From positions 32,001 through 96,000 of IMG/VR virus record IMGVR_UViG_3300009031_000221: 64,000 nt of DNA, one strand, 5' to 3'. The position numbers and the translations under genes are program-made. The notes beneath the pieces were generated by a model. It ran no database searches, had not been told where the DNA came from, and saw nothing but the letters and a program-made list of their open reading frames with translations. This stretch comes from a virus. Its lineage: Duplodnaviria > Caudoviricetes. Within the stretch, counting starts at the first letter, position 1, and every line of letters begins with the position of its first letter. Below are positions 36,324 to 47,493 of this stretch, piece by piece.

Positions 36324-39300
36324 ACGTCACTCACGGAGTTGTTCAACGCTACAATATTCTTTTGTGCATCCAACCGATTAGGGATGTCCGCTTCCAACCG
36401 ATTGATAGCGGCTAGCGTGCCTTGAACCTGATGGGTTCTATAGGACAGCCACACATACCTTACCTGCCGGAACTTGTCTCGGCTGTTCAGAACATCATCA
36501 ATTCGTTCAGGCAATACGGGGAGTATCGTAGATCCTGCAACATCCGTAAATGCCGTGTAGGATGTGTCTCCAGGCATGGAAGTCCTCATGCCGCCTACGG
36601 AAGTCACATTCGCCGTAAGGGAATCCAGGCGAGTATCGTGGATCCACACACGACGATCCATCAAGGATAAACATGCTGAATTGTTTGCGTAAGGCACAAT
36701 ATCCATACGCCCGCCAACTGCCTCAATGTAGAGGTTAGAAGGCACACCCAACCCCAAATCCGGGTCAGTTGGGCTTCCCAATTCCTTGATGTGTTCATCC
36801 CGTTGGAAAATGAAGTAGGATCCACTCTTGGTTCCCTTCATCGCCCTTTGCAAAAGTTCAATCAAGGACAACATTCGTTCACGCATCATCAGCACCAAGT
36901 CAATGGCGACATCCGAGAACAACTTGGATGGACGAATGACGTGATAAGAGAATGGGCGAATCGAATGACCCAGGAAACTGTCCGTCCGTACCTTGAATGA
37001 CTTGGTAACGGCATCTCGCTTCAAGGTCGGCCGCAAAGCCATCTGTGATTCATATGCCGGATTGATAACCGGATAAGGTACCTTCTTGAGGCGGGAATCC
37101 GTAATCGTCGGATAGACCGCATAGGCGTGCGCTGTGTCCCCAAACAGTACCGGAGTAGCTTCTCCCCCCGCATATGTATTGATGGGATCTACCAGCAAGT
37201 AGGGCGGGGAAGCCGAATCCACAACCTGCTTGACCCGATAGAATCCTCGGTTGTCATCCACAAGGCTGGGGGTACCTGCTACATAAACTCCCGCGGCTAC
37301 CCGAACAGGAACGCCCTCATCCCCAAGAGGGCGTGTCCCCTTTTCAGGGACAACAGGCATGCCCCCATCCTGTGGGATTGTTCCCGCTGGATCGATGATG
37401 ATGATGTCACCCTTCTGAACCCCAAGCTTCGCAAACGTATTGCCGCTACCGGATGCATTGAGGTCATCACAAAGCCGATTGACGGCATTGGCATAAGTTG
37501 TAACTCCTGTAATGTCCGGAACATATCCGCCGGCTTGAGTTACCCAATTAGCTTCCGTGCGGCAAACTGCCCTCTCAGTAATGAGTTCTAGCAACTCTTC
37601 GCAGGACTGTTCATGTGGCACAGGCGCCCGCTTAAGGAATACCTCGAACCGGAATCCAACCGGGTTGTTTACACGAAGACCTGGAGACGCCAAAATGATT
37701 GTTTGACCATCTTGAACCGATTCAACCCTAACCTCTTCCTGCACAACCCCATGTTCATCCAATAACCTGAACAAGTCCCCTGGATGAATGTTCACATCAC
37801 CATTGTCAAATCCGCCAAGGTTTGTACCGGCATAAACCTTGCCATCATTCCACACATCCGGAGCCAGGGGGAATCCTGGATGCGCCGTGTTCCAATTCAT
37901 CGTGAAATTGGCAGTGACATTGCCGTTTTGTTTATCCCCAATGGTATAGCCTGATATGATCCCACGCCGAATCTCGTAAGCAAATCGCAATGGTGCAAGA
38001 TTCTGATCCGCGATATTCAGTACGTCATGGAACCTACGGATACGACGTACCTCGAAGGTAACCTCATCAGGATTAGGAACTACTACAGGCGTGTAGTATT
38101 CTTGAGAATCCCGCATCCCAATATCCCGATGCCAATCCGACATAATCGAAGGATTCGGGAAAGAATGCGTTGCATCTACAATATGTTCGTAGATCGCAGT
38201 AAGAGACATGGAAGAACGTGGGAACGTCGGCTCCAGGAATACGCCCGCCTGAGCATTGAATCCGGGATTAATCGAATCCCCCAAATTCAACAACGTGCCA
38301 GGAAGCACACAATCTACTGCAGACACACCAAATCCGGCGGAAGCTGGGGGGATATTCAATGCCTCCCACTGAGCGTGCGTTACTTCCCGAACGTCCAAAG
38401 TCCTCACAACCCAATCATAAATTGCCCTTGCTGGGTCAGACTGGAAAGTAAATGCATTCGCTACCACCCCTGGGATAGGTACGACGCATTGTGCTACAGG
38501 AACCTTGCGAATACCGGGGACGGCAAAGTCATTCCCCATAAATTGCAACGATGAAGCAGCACTCAATGGTGCCGGAGGAATCAAGTCCAACTGATGGAAA
38601 CCGTAGATAGATCCATCTGCAGGGTGAGGGCCTGGAATGCTGTCCGTATCCAACCCAACGCAATTATTGCTAGGCAGATCCGTTCCAGTGACATTGATAG
38701 GCCAGTAGGTCATCCCAGACACGGGATAAGGGCCCCCGGCTTCCACCAGGGCTTTGAAGTCTGCCGCCGTGATTGGGTTGCCGAATGCGTCCTGATAATC
38801 CGTCAAGGTCAATACGCCCGTGTCCCCCAACCCTAATGCGATAGCTGTGTACCTTGCACTGATTACTGATGTCCGATATACAGCAGCATCCGAGGATGCC
38901 AAATTGGTAATGCTACGCACAGCATAAATCCGTGTTGCGGGACCAACTGCAGGGAATCCTCCAGGAATACCCCCAACCGCGGGGCCGCCTTCTGCCGGCG
39001 CAACATCCGATATGGTCAACGTGTTCGTTCCGTCTACGAAGCTGACAATCGTAGGGAAATGCAAGGGGCACCACCCATCCTCGTTCCCCGCCACCGTAGA
39101 AGGATGTGCCCAGTAACTTGAACCCCCGCCATGGGGGTCTACCGCATGTCGTACAAGGTAAGTGCCAGCCTGATGTGTTGCAGGATGCGCCACATTTGCG
39201 GACTCCTTAATGACAAGAATATCCCCAGGTTCGACATATAATGCTAGCCCGTCCGACACCGAAATATCTGTTACTCGATTGTCATATTTGGCACGTTCCA

Positions 39301-42300
39301 AAACCGTCAAGTCTGCATTGAACCGGCTTGCAGTCTTGCCAGTACCTGTAAGGATATGGCTTACGGTCAAATCCGTCAGTTCATTTGATGGAATCGCAGA
39401 GAACGTTACTCCCGTTCCCGTGATAGTCTGATTGCCCGCAATATCCGAATGCCCCTCGAAGGCCATGGCCTTGATAACACCCCTCTCCGTTACCGCACCT
39501 ACTCGAGGGGCAAAGTACCCCACAGTATTCGCATCCATACGCGGAACGAATGTCAATGGGATAGGATCAGGTCCATTCATGCCGTTGATGTAATTGTTGA
39601 TCGTTGACGTGACGGCAATACCTGCAGTTTGACCAACCGTAATCCCTGTGATAGACAACTTGGTTTCCAAATCCATGCTCGACTGCGGATGAACAAATCG
39701 ACGCTGCTTGGCAAAACTCAAGTCACACACCTCATTGAACGTAAGGCGGTCATCCGAAATCCATGCCGTGGTGGATTGACCCGAACGAGTGTCAATGTCA
39801 AATGTAAATTCAAGGCCATACAAGGTCGAATAGGTCGGCCCTGCCGCGACCACATGCGGCAAGAACCATTGCGCAGGCGTGCCCGGCCCTGGCCCCCATG
39901 GGATCTTCCCCACCCCAACCAGAGTGATTTGCCTATTTCCAGCACCCCCGAACACAGGGGCTACGCCCAGCCATCCCGTAATACCACCCTGGTAGTCCTC
40001 GACTTCCCACGCATTGTTACGGATACGGATAGTCAAAGCTACATTGCCGCCCGCACCCGCCCATGGGGATGGGTTTATTCCCGGCAACCCGTTCACGATA
40101 TCCAAATCCCGACGAGATATAATCTTGAGGGTCACGACATTCGACGCGCTAGCATTTACAATGTCATTGAGGCTCCCAACCCCAATCGTCTGCCCGTCAT
40201 TCAACGTGATGGTTGTAGAACCAAATTCCAATACCGTTGTATTCGCAACAGTATCCTCAATGATGTACACCCCCCGAGGAGGGGACAAATCTGCCTGAGG
40301 GTGGTCATGATAGGGCCCTTCCACAAACACCATAGCGTTCTGCAGGTAATAATTTACAGGGTCACCCGTCTGGTTTGATCCTAGAACCGGAGGCTTGGTC
40401 GCAGTGACAAACCTTGGGGGTTCAATCACGGATGGATTTCCTGCTGCGACAGCGCCTACCGTATGAATGCCAATTGCGCCAACCGTGCTGAATGGGTTTG
40501 GATTCGTCAATTGGCATAGGATGAGGTCATAAGGCCGAACGTTCCCTTCCCCGGGACCAAACCCTGGAGAAGTATTCATGGAGGTGTTCAATGATGCCGG
40601 AAGCGCCCCGACCGTCGTTACGACTTGCCCGTCATCTCCCAGAATCTCGTTCGGGTAAAGCGCATGGCTCAACCAACTGTCCGCTGTGAATATGGCGGAC
40701 AATCCAACGGCTGCCTGTGCAAACCGATCCATTTCAGTATTCCCTGTACGGATATACGGGATCTGATAGTCCCCAGAATCATCCTGAATTCCACCATTCA
40801 ATGCAGGAATCATCAGGGGTGTCAATGCGTCATAACCAAACGTAATCGTGCCTTCCAATGAAGACAACGGTTGTGGAGAGTTCTGTCCAAATATTTCCTT
40901 GAATGCAAAGAATGATCCATCAAGCGCGGATTTCATCGTGATATCTATCATGCTTCCGTCAGGCATGACCTTCACGTCAAACCCATCCCGATAGGTATCC
41001 AACCCCCCATTCATAGCCTGAAGGGTTGAAAATTCCGCAGGGTCAGGAGGAGGGGCACTAAATACTTCTGGCGAAGCCCCCACAAACAGCGTATCCCCTT
41101 GCTCCACAGGGAGAAGGGATGCCGTTGTATCCCCTGCCATGATGAATAGGGGGTTAGTGATTGAGGCCCCATCGGATGCTTGGAACCGAAGGACACAACC
41201 ATATTGCACGTCACGAACAAACACGCCCGTATACGTAGGCACCGAGTAAATGTCAATGGGGTCGCTACTATTGAATGCAGGATATATCGTGCCATCCGGT
41301 TTGCCCCATGTAATCTGATCACCGGGTTCAAATCCAGGAACTGCCAGGGCGGGGTCTCCTACAAGCGCGTCCTGAATCGTACCGCCCTGCGAGAGGAACT
41401 TGGCAATATCGGGATATCCTGTCTCAGGAAGGATTGGTATATCTCGCATCATCGCAGGAACAGCAATGATACAAGGATCCGTAATGGCGGCTGGGGGTGT
41501 CATAGGCCCAAATGCACCTGAAGGGATGCCATTCGGGAAGTAACCCCAAATACGGGCACGAGCACGCCGTTTGTGCAAGTCCGCCGCCTGAACGTGCGTA
41601 ATATTTCCAAGCACTGGATTATGTAGCTGTCCAATGGAACTTCCCGTCGTACGAGACTGTTTGCCACCTAATGTCCGACCCGCCGTATACACGCCCGCTT
41701 GCCCATTTGTAGGGTCATAGCCAATGCCCGGCAAGGTGCGAAGGAATGCCTTAGTGATAGTTGGAAACAATCGGGACATACGATGGGATTCCCACATCGG
41801 TTGAAACGTGCCCTTCGCCTTCATGTGGAAGAATGGAAAGGACGCATCAAATTCAAGATGCGTTGAACCAATCCCCGTGAGAACAACATCATCCACATCG
41901 TTGTGGATCAATCCCTTCTGCTGTGCCCCTAGTCGATAGAATGCCTCCGTATCAAGGAGGGTACCGTTTACTTCCCCATTCACAACCGTAAAGGTCGCAG
42001 GGTCTACCATCCAGTCCGAATCCAAACCAAAGTATTTGACACTCGGATTCGTTTCATTCACCACACCCGTCCATACATTGTAGGGTGTCATATAACCTGT
42101 AATGTCATCCTCATATCCAGGAGTTGGGTAATCCGCACCATGCCCTACTCGGAACCGGAACTTGCCATCCCTGTCCCCAATGAATCCCCCAGCAATGGTT
42201 TCTTCAACCTGCTCGAAGGCCACGATTACCGTGTTGAAGAAATCCAGGAATGTCCTAGCCGCACGGTCTTTGTCCAACAGGTGCCTACGTTCTCCCGTGA

Positions 42301-45300
42301 ATCCAAATCGTCCTTGCTGCCAATTCTTGGCACCCTCATGCGGAAATATCAATGACCCAGATGCGGGTTGCTTCGCAGCAATCTCTGCAAGGGCCTCTTG
42401 AACAGCCTCACCCAGGAATGATGTCAATGACACCGCCCTGAAATAAAATGCATCTGGACTCGAGTAGGTGTACGTTCCTACCAGTGTCCTATTCAGAAGC
42501 CCATTAGCTTCTGATGGAATCCCCTGAGATAGGTACTTCGCCTGGAATCGCGGGATGACCATGATCCCGTCCTTCATGTAAGGACGCAACGGATTGACCC
42601 GGGTGAATGCCATATCAATATGCTGACCGGGGATTAATCCATCAGGACTCAACAGGTGAATGGCACCTGTTGATGTATCCAACGTATAATCCAAGTCGGG
42701 AACCAAATCCCGACCAGGTTTACCTGGTTCGAACAGCAATAACCCAAACCCTTCCGACTCTAGGATACTTCCATCCCTACCATTGTGCGCCCAGTTCGCA
42801 TCCTGCGGCCCGATTCCAATGAGGTCAGTAGCAAACGGAGGGTATACAGGCCGGTAGGACAATTTGACGGTCGGGTTGTCTTCAACCGCGAAACCTCTCC
42901 AGAATATGGAAGTCACAGTAATGCTTGTACGACTGCCGTCCGCATCTATTGTCACATCCGCAATGGTGTAAGGTGTCCCCCCAATCTCCAGGATATGCCC
43001 AGCAACCGCAAACTTTGTCAAGTCGCCACGGAAGACCACAATGGATTGTCCACGACTAATGGGTTCAAATGGAAAACCCACTAGACTGAGCGCCGACATG
43101 AAACCCGCAGGCGCCGTTGTCGGCACGGGCGTCGTCCCGTCCGGGTCTACAACGGTTGTGATAGGTCCATAGGTGATAACCGTCACCACGTCGTTGCCTG
43201 GGGCACGACTGCCGACCTCATTGACCGTTGACGGGAAGATAGATATCGAGGTCACATCGCCCGTTCCCTGAGCATTCTGGGGGTAGTACTGCAAAGCCTT
43301 GACATAGAAGCAATCCTGCCCGATACGGAACATCTGTCCAGGAGCGAATTCGCTAACCCGGTTTCCACGGATACCAAATCGATTCTGACCCGCCTTGATA
43401 AAGAATGGGGGGCGGTACACAGGCTTGGTACTCACCTCAAATGCCCGTTCCCCGCCTAGCATGTCAAATACGGCATAGGTAATCGTGACAGGCACATAGT
43501 CAGGAACCGCATGGCTAACGAACGTGATGCGCCCTTGTCCCAATAGATCTGCAGGGTAATCTACCACGTAATCCAATTGCCCGAAGTTCTGCTGAATCGG
43601 CCCAATGTAGACCAAGGGCGGAATACTCTGGTCAATCGTATGCACCCGGCTTGCATTGAACAAATAGACATTCTGCAATGTCCGGGTCATGGTTTCATTG
43701 CGAACGAACACAGGCAGGAATTCAGTGATTTGATCCCCGGTCTTGCGACCCTCGAGATCCGCGGCCCAGTATGACGCTTCTACGGAGGACCCCTTCGACA
43801 ATGGAACATTCGGGGAGAATGCACCCAACATAGGATTGAGGGATACATCCTTACGATTCTCTGTAATGAGTTGTTCCACAAAATAAAGGGGTTTTCCTGC
43901 GTTCGCCGTTTGATCGGCATCCGATATATTCACAATGCCCGTATTGGGATCGTATTCCCCCTGACCAGCAGCTAATTCCGTCCCCAACTTGAAAAGTTCA
44001 ATGTAGTAAACCAAGGAACTTGCTTGCCCGGATAGCACAGAGGATCCGAATTTCAACCTCCCCCTCGGATCATCGATAGTCGCTGCAAGCAGGTATTCAA
44101 TCCCAGCGGGGTCAGCGCTGAAACTGAATACAGGAATCAAATCTACATTATTGACAAATACCTGTGTACCAACTCGAATTGAGAACTGTCCGTTATCCAA
44201 TCTCGATGTATCAGGCACCGTGAGTGTTCCGTTACCTATCTGTCCAAGTTCTAGCTGCTGAAGAGCGGTCAGTGCAACTTGGTTTGTCAATGAAGCGTTT
44301 TCCAAACCAAACCGCAGATTGAACTGCCTACCGTTAGCCAACGCGGCAGCCATGTCCGCCTTATACGAAGCCCCTATTGGTGAAAGCACCTTGATGACCA
44401 TCACTTCCTGAGGAAGGTGGTTGAACTCCTTGTAGCTCATGTCAGCTACAATGATAGGGGCGTACACGGAATCGGGATAACCCTCATGGAGATCCCAAGG
44501 CAAAAGGGATCCCGTAAACGTTGGCGTAGGGGATACCTGCAATGCTGTAGCATTAACAACGGACTCCACTTTATAGAAGTGTTCCGTGCCGTGCCCTATG
44601 GAAATAATATCCCCCACAGCGGCCACGGAGAAATCGGCATTGGCGTCCACAAAGAAGGGGCTTCCTGCTGTTGTCACACCCTGAGCCCCCTCCGTCAACT
44701 TACGAAGGAACCGCTGAATAAGCGTTGAAGTCCCTGGGATTCCTTCCTGTGGAAGGATGTAATCAACATCCCGTTGTAGGAGTGTCAAGGGTCCGCCATC
44801 TTTGGATACGTACAAACCCCCACCGATAGCGGTTTCCAAAGACTCCGGAGCAATCCCCGCGGCACCAAGGTTCAAAGTCACGGTCGCGTTGGTAACGGTG
44901 TTGACATCAAACCCTTCTTGCACCCAATCAAACTTCCGTTGCCCGAACCTGTAAATCACTTCCTGGTAATGGCTCAGGTTCTGATATGTCGTGACGGGAG
45001 TCTCGTTCACCGTTGATTCAGTCAACAATGCGAAGAACTCACCCTCATTGATGCCCGCTATGTCCTGGAGCGGAACCTTGTCGAGGAAATAGAATGGGTT
45101 TCCGGGCACACTGTCCGTAATGACTTGATAGTCCTGCGTCCGCTCCGTAGCCTGGAAATCAGATATGCCTTGTGACCCGTCCAAATCCAGAGGACTACGG
45201 TAAAGCCCCATGGATATACCGGAATCCGGAAGCCAGTTGTCTACACCACCGACCACCTTCCATCCAGGGACGAAACCTAGAGCGGTGGCCCCCGTGAAGT

Positions 45301-47491
45301 CCAATACCCCGCCTACACCCCATCCAATTTCCACGCTCCCCGTAGTGGGGTTAGATGCCTCAAGGACAATGTATCCGTTATAGGCATAGGCATGTGGAGT
45401 CACAAGGTTAATATCGGCAGCTACTTCATCCGATGTGAAGAATGCCTGACCTGGATGAGCCGCAACAAGAGCTGCCGAAGTCCAAGTGTGCCCCACACCG
45501 TCAACAGCAAATCGCAGAGCCTCGAGTCCCGTGAATCGAAATATATCCCGATTGCGAGAAAATAGCCTCGCCTGATCCGTCCATGTTGCGGGATTGAGCG
45601 CAGCCTGAAGGAAGAACATAGGCTTGTTAGAGAACCGAGCCCTATCTACATCCCCAATCATAACTCGAGACCCGTGAGTGCTGGACTGCCGGGCGATATA
45701 GGCAGTGCCCCCAGGGATGTCGTAGCTGTGACTCGGCAAATCCGAGTTGTGGTCTACCTCAATGATCGTACTAATGGATCCATGCTGTGAATAAACGATA
45801 GTGTCGCTGACCCCATCATGAATCTGTCGCACCCGTCCCGTTGTGATGTCTACGGTGTTATCCCCACCAGGACGAATGGGAGCTACAGTTGCAGGATGGT
45901 CAGGGACCGCGCCTGTGCCATCAGGAGCATCCAGAATGCCAGACTGACCCAATCCCCGACGAGTGTTCGCAGCAATAAACTCCGTGGGGAGATATTGATA
46001 TGCGGGAATGTACATCTCGCTCGAACTTGATGTTGCAGGATTTCCATTCTGGTCAACAAGTTGTACCGGGGCACGGGTCGGCTGAATCTTGCCGCTCAAC
46101 GACACCCCGTCATAAACAACATCTTCACCGAGGAAATACTTGCTGAAATTGACACTATTGGGATCAGCCTTTGCGACATCAATAGGGCTCAGCTTGACCT
46201 TACCCGTAGAAGCCGAAATGTTCACATTGCCTGACAAAGGGTCAGGCAGAGCGATAAGGGCTGCATCTGTCAATACCATATGAGGCGTTAGGTATTTACG
46301 ACTGCCAAACCGAATGAGCGGCATATCGGTTGGCGAAGGAATCGGAGCAATGAACAAATCCGAATCCACCATCTTGCCGATAATGCCGTCCGATGTCTCT
46401 TGGAACCCTTTGTAAACATACCACAAATGCCGACCCGCATTCGCGATAATGAAAGCGGGGCTGAACTGCATCATTCCATTGGTTTGCCCTACGACACCAT
46501 TGACTCCGGGTTCCAAAAGGAAGTCAAAGGGGGAACGCACAGCATCATCGGACACAACCTTGATGAGGTCTACAGGAATACTGGAAACCGCACTGGGGGT
46601 GACCCCAACACGAATCATAGAATAGGCATCAGGTGTCAAGGCATTACCAGGTAGGAATGCCCCTATTGGGAGATTCCGCACAGCAGGATTCATGAAATAA
46701 TTCATGACATCGATTTGGATCGTGCCGAGATTCTTCGGTGCGGTGCCCTTGAAAGGGGTCCAGCGCCTTTCTCTGCCATTCCATCCGAAACGAGCCTCAT
46801 ATCGATCATTCCGTGTCCAGAAAAACCGAGCGGAACCTACAGTGTAATGCACCGTGATGACTTTATCGCCACGATCCCGTGACAACCCGCCCCCAAGCGT
46901 TGCTAGATGTGCATTCGTAAGGTATCCAATGCCTTGACGAGAATCCTGTTGTGCCACATCAAAATAGAGAGTAATGTAAGGATTGGTGCCCAAACGAGGT
47001 TGCCCGCCGTATGTTGCAGGGTTTACATCATCTGGATTCTTCCAACCATCATCGTCATAATCAGTCACATCCCCACGGGATACAACAACAGCAAATATGC
47101 GATCCATATCCCTATTGCCATTATCCCGAATGATGACCTTGTTAGTTCCATCGGTGTAGACCCCAACCGTAATGCTATCTACCGGGAATATTCCCGTACC
47201 ATCCTCAGTCCACCATGTCGAATCCGTATCTATGGGGCCACTGAGGTCTGCGGTATTGGCTGCCCAAATCGTGTATTCATTCGGAGTTGTACCCGGAGCA
47301 TCAATAATAGCAGCACGATATTGATTCGCAGCAGCATCCACAAATGACGGGGCATCGGCACTAGTCGTATAGATGACGGGCACAGGACGGGCATCCCGAA
47401 CAACACCAGTATTCACATCCCCTGTCGTCACCGCATTAGCAGTTGCAATCTGGGCGCTTCGTAGTACCTTGCCGTTGAAGCTGAATCCCAT
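36320..47491 (-). CDS. Virion megaprotein of unknown function, 3723 aa
   Basis: Uninterrupted 11.2-kb ORF between the spike and wedge genes; beta-rich, with recurring DYxLD/YD..TG.I motifs; helical C-terminus. Confidence 0.9.
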   Translation of the reverse strand: MGFSFNGKVLRSAQIATANAVTTGDVNTGVVRDARPVPVIYTTSADAPSFVDAAANQYRAAIIDAPGTTPNEYTIWAANTADLSGPIDTDSTWWTEDGTGIFPVDSITVGVYTDGTNKVIIRDNGNRDMDRIFAVVVSRGDVTDYDDDGWKNPDDVNPATYGGQPRLGTNPYITLYFDVAQQDSRQGIGYLTNAHLATLGGGLSRDRGDKVITVHYTVGSARFFWTRNDRYEARFGWNGRERRWTPFKGTAPKNLGTIQIDVMNYFMNPAVRNLPIGAFLPGNALTPDAYSMIRVGVTPSAVSSIPVDLIKVVSDDAVRSPFDFLLEPGVNGVVGQTNGMMQFSPAFIIANAGRHLWYVYKGFQETSDGIIGKMVDSDLFIAPIPSPTDMPLIRFGSRKYLTPHMVLTDAALIALPDPLSGNVNISASTGKVKLSPIDVAKADPNSVNFSKYFLGEDVVYDGVSLSGKIQPTRAPVQLVDQNGNPATSSSSEMYIPAYQYLPTEFIAANTRRGLGQSGILDAPDGTGAVPDHPATVAPIRPGGDNTVDITTGRVRQIHDGVSDTIVYSQHGSISTIIEVDHNSDLPSHSYDIPGGTAYIARQSSTHGSRVMIGDVDRARFSNKPMFFLQAALNPATWTDQARLFSRNRDIFRFTGLEALRFAVDGVGHTWTSAALVAAHPGQAFFTSDEVAADINLVTPHAYAYNGYIVLEASNPTTGSVEIGWGVGGVLDFTGATALGFVPGWKVVGGVDNWLPDSGISMGLYRSPLDLDGSQGISDFQATERTQDYQVITDSVPGNPFYFLDKVPLQDIAGINEGEFFALLTESTVNETPVTTYQNLSHYQEVIYRFGQRKFDWVQEGFDVNTVTNATVTLNLGAAGIAPESLETAIGGGLYVSKDGGPLTLLQRDVDYILPQEGIPGTSTLIQRFLRKLTEGAQGVTTAGSPFFVDANADFSVAAVGDIISIGHGTEHFYKVESVVNATALQVSPTPTFTGSLLPWDLHEGYPDSVYAPIIVADMSYKEFNHLPQEVMVIKVLSPIGASYKADMAAALANGRQFNLRFGLENASLTNQVALTALQQLELGQIGNGTLTVPDTSRLDNGQFSIRVGTQVFVNNVDLIPVFSFSADPAGIEYLLAATIDDPRGRLKFGSSVLSGQASSLVYYIELFKLGTELAAGQGEYDPNTGIVNISDADQTANAGKPLYFVEQLITENRKDVSLNPMLGAFSPNVPLSKGSSVEASYWAADLEGRKTGDQITEFLPVFVRNETMTRTLQNVYLFNASRVHTIDQSIPPLVYIGPIQQNFGQLDYVVDYPADLLGQGRITFVSHAVPDYVPVTITYAVFDMLGGERAFEVSTKPVYRPPFFIKAGQNRFGIRGNRVSEFAPGQMFRIGQDCFYVKALQYYPQNAQGTGDVTSISIFPSTVNEVGSRAPGNDVVTVITYGPITTVVDPDGTTPVPTTAPAGFMSALSLVGFPFEPISRGQSIVVFRGDLTKFAVAGHILEIGGTPYTIADVTIDADGSRTSITVTSIFWRGFAVEDNPTVKLSYRPVYPPFATDLIGIGPQDANWAHNGRDGSILESEGFGLLLFEPGKPGRDLVPDLDYTLDTSTGAIHLLSPDGLIPGQHIDMAFTRVNPLRPYMKDGIMVIPRFQAKYLSQGIPSEANGLLNRTLVGTYTYSSPDAFYFRAVSLTSFLGEAVQEALAEIAAKQPASGSLIFPHEGAKNWQQGRFGFTGERRHLLDKDRAARTFLDFFNTVIVAFEQVEETIAGGFIGDRDGKFRFRVGHGADYPTPGYEDDITGYMTPYNVWTGVVNETNPSVKYFGLDSDWMVDPATFTVVNGEVNGTLLDTEAFYRLGAQQKGLIHNDVDDVVLTGIGSTHLEFDASFPFFHMKAKGTFQPMWESHRMSRLFPTITKAFLRTLPGIGYDPTNGQAGVYTAGRTLGGKQSRTTGSSIGQLHNPVLGNITHVQAADLHKRRARARIWGYFPNGIPSGAFGPMTPPAAITDPCIIAVPAMMRDIPILPETGYPDIAKFLSQGGTIQDALVGDPALAVPGFEPGDQITWGKPDGTIYPAFNSSDPIDIYSVPTYTGVFVRDVQYGCVLRFQASDGASITNPLFIMAGDTTASLLPVEQGDTLFVGASPEVFSAPPPDPAEFSTLQAMNGGLDTYRDGFDVKVMPDGSMIDITMKSALDGSFFAFKEIFGQNSPQPLSSLEGTITFGYDALTPLMIPALNGGIQDDSGDYQIPYIRTGNTEMDRFAQAAVGLSAIFTADSWLSHALYPNEILGDDGQVVTTVGALPASLNTSMNTSPGFGPGEGNVRPYDLILCQLTNPNPFSTVGAIGIHTVGAVAAGNPSVIEPPRFVTATKPPVLGSNQTGDPVNYYLQNAMVFVEGPYHDHPQADLSPPRGVYIIEDTVANTTVLEFGSTTITLNDGQTIGVGSLNDIVNASASNVVTLKIISRRDLDIVNGLPGINPSPWAGAGGNVALTIRIRNNAWEVEDYQGGITGWLGVAPVFGGAGNRQITLVGVGKIPWGPGPGTPAQWFLPHVVAAGPTYSTLYGLEFTFDIDTRSGQSTTAWISDDRLTFNEVCDLSFAKQRRFVHPQSSMDLETKLSITGITVGQTAGIAVTSTINNYINGMNGPDPIPLTFVPRMDANTVGYFAPRVGAVTERGVIKAMAFEGHSDIAGNQTITGTGVTFSAIPSNELTDLTVSHILTGTGKTASRFNADLTVLERAKYDNRVTDISVSDGLALYVEPGDILVIKESANVAHPATHQAGTYLVRHAVDPHGGGSSYWAHPSTVAGNEDGWCPLHFPTIVSFVDGTNTLTISDVAPAEGGPAVGGIPGGFPAVGPATRIYAVRSITNLASSDAAVYRTSVISARYTAIALGLGDTGVLTLTDYQDAFGNPITAADFKALVEAGGPYPVSGMTYWPINVTGTDLPSNNCVGLDTDSIPGPHPADGSIYGFHQLDLIPPAPLSAASSLQFMGNDFAVPGIRKVPVAQCVVPIPGVVANAFTFQSDPARAIYDWVVRTLDVREVTHAQWEALNIPPASAGFGVSAVDCVLPGTLLNLGDSINPGFNAQAGVFLEPTFPRSSMSLTAIYEHIVDATHSFPNPSIMSDWHRDIGMRDSQEYYTPVVVPNPDEVTFEVRRIRRFHDVLNIADQNLAPLRFAYEIRRGIISGYTIGDKQNGNVTANFTMNWNTAHPGFPLAPDVWNDGKVYAGTNLGGFDNGDVNIHPGDLFRLLDEHGVVQEEVRVESVQDGQTIILASPGLRVNNPVGFRFEVFLKRAPVPHEQSCEELLELITERAVCRTEANWVTQAGGYVPDITGVTTYANAVNRLCDDLNASGSGNTFAKLGVQKGDIIIIDPAGTIPQDGGMPVVPEKGTRPLGDEGVPVRVAAGVYVAGTPSLVDDNRGFYRVKQVVDSASPPYLLVDPINTYAGGEATPVLFGDTAHAYAVYPTITDSRLKKVPYPVINPAYESQMALRPTLKRDAVTKSFKVRTDSFLGHSIRPFSYHVIRPSKLFSDVAIDLVLMMRERMLSLIELLQRAMKGTKSGSYFIFQRDEHIKELGSPTDPDLGLGVPSNLYIEAVGGRMDIVPYANNSACLSLMDRRVWIHDTRLDSLTANVTSVGGMRTSMPGDTSYTAFTDVAGSTILPVLPERIDDVLNSRDKFRQVRYVWLSYRTHQVQGTLAAINRLEADIPNRLDAQKNIVALNNSVSDV

Positions 47492-47493
47492 AT

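Noticed and set aside
36320-47491. Intein or toxin domain explaining the megaprotein size
   Set aside because: No splice-junction (C...HN), LAGLIDADG, RHS/YD or known toxin motif was recognised by eye.
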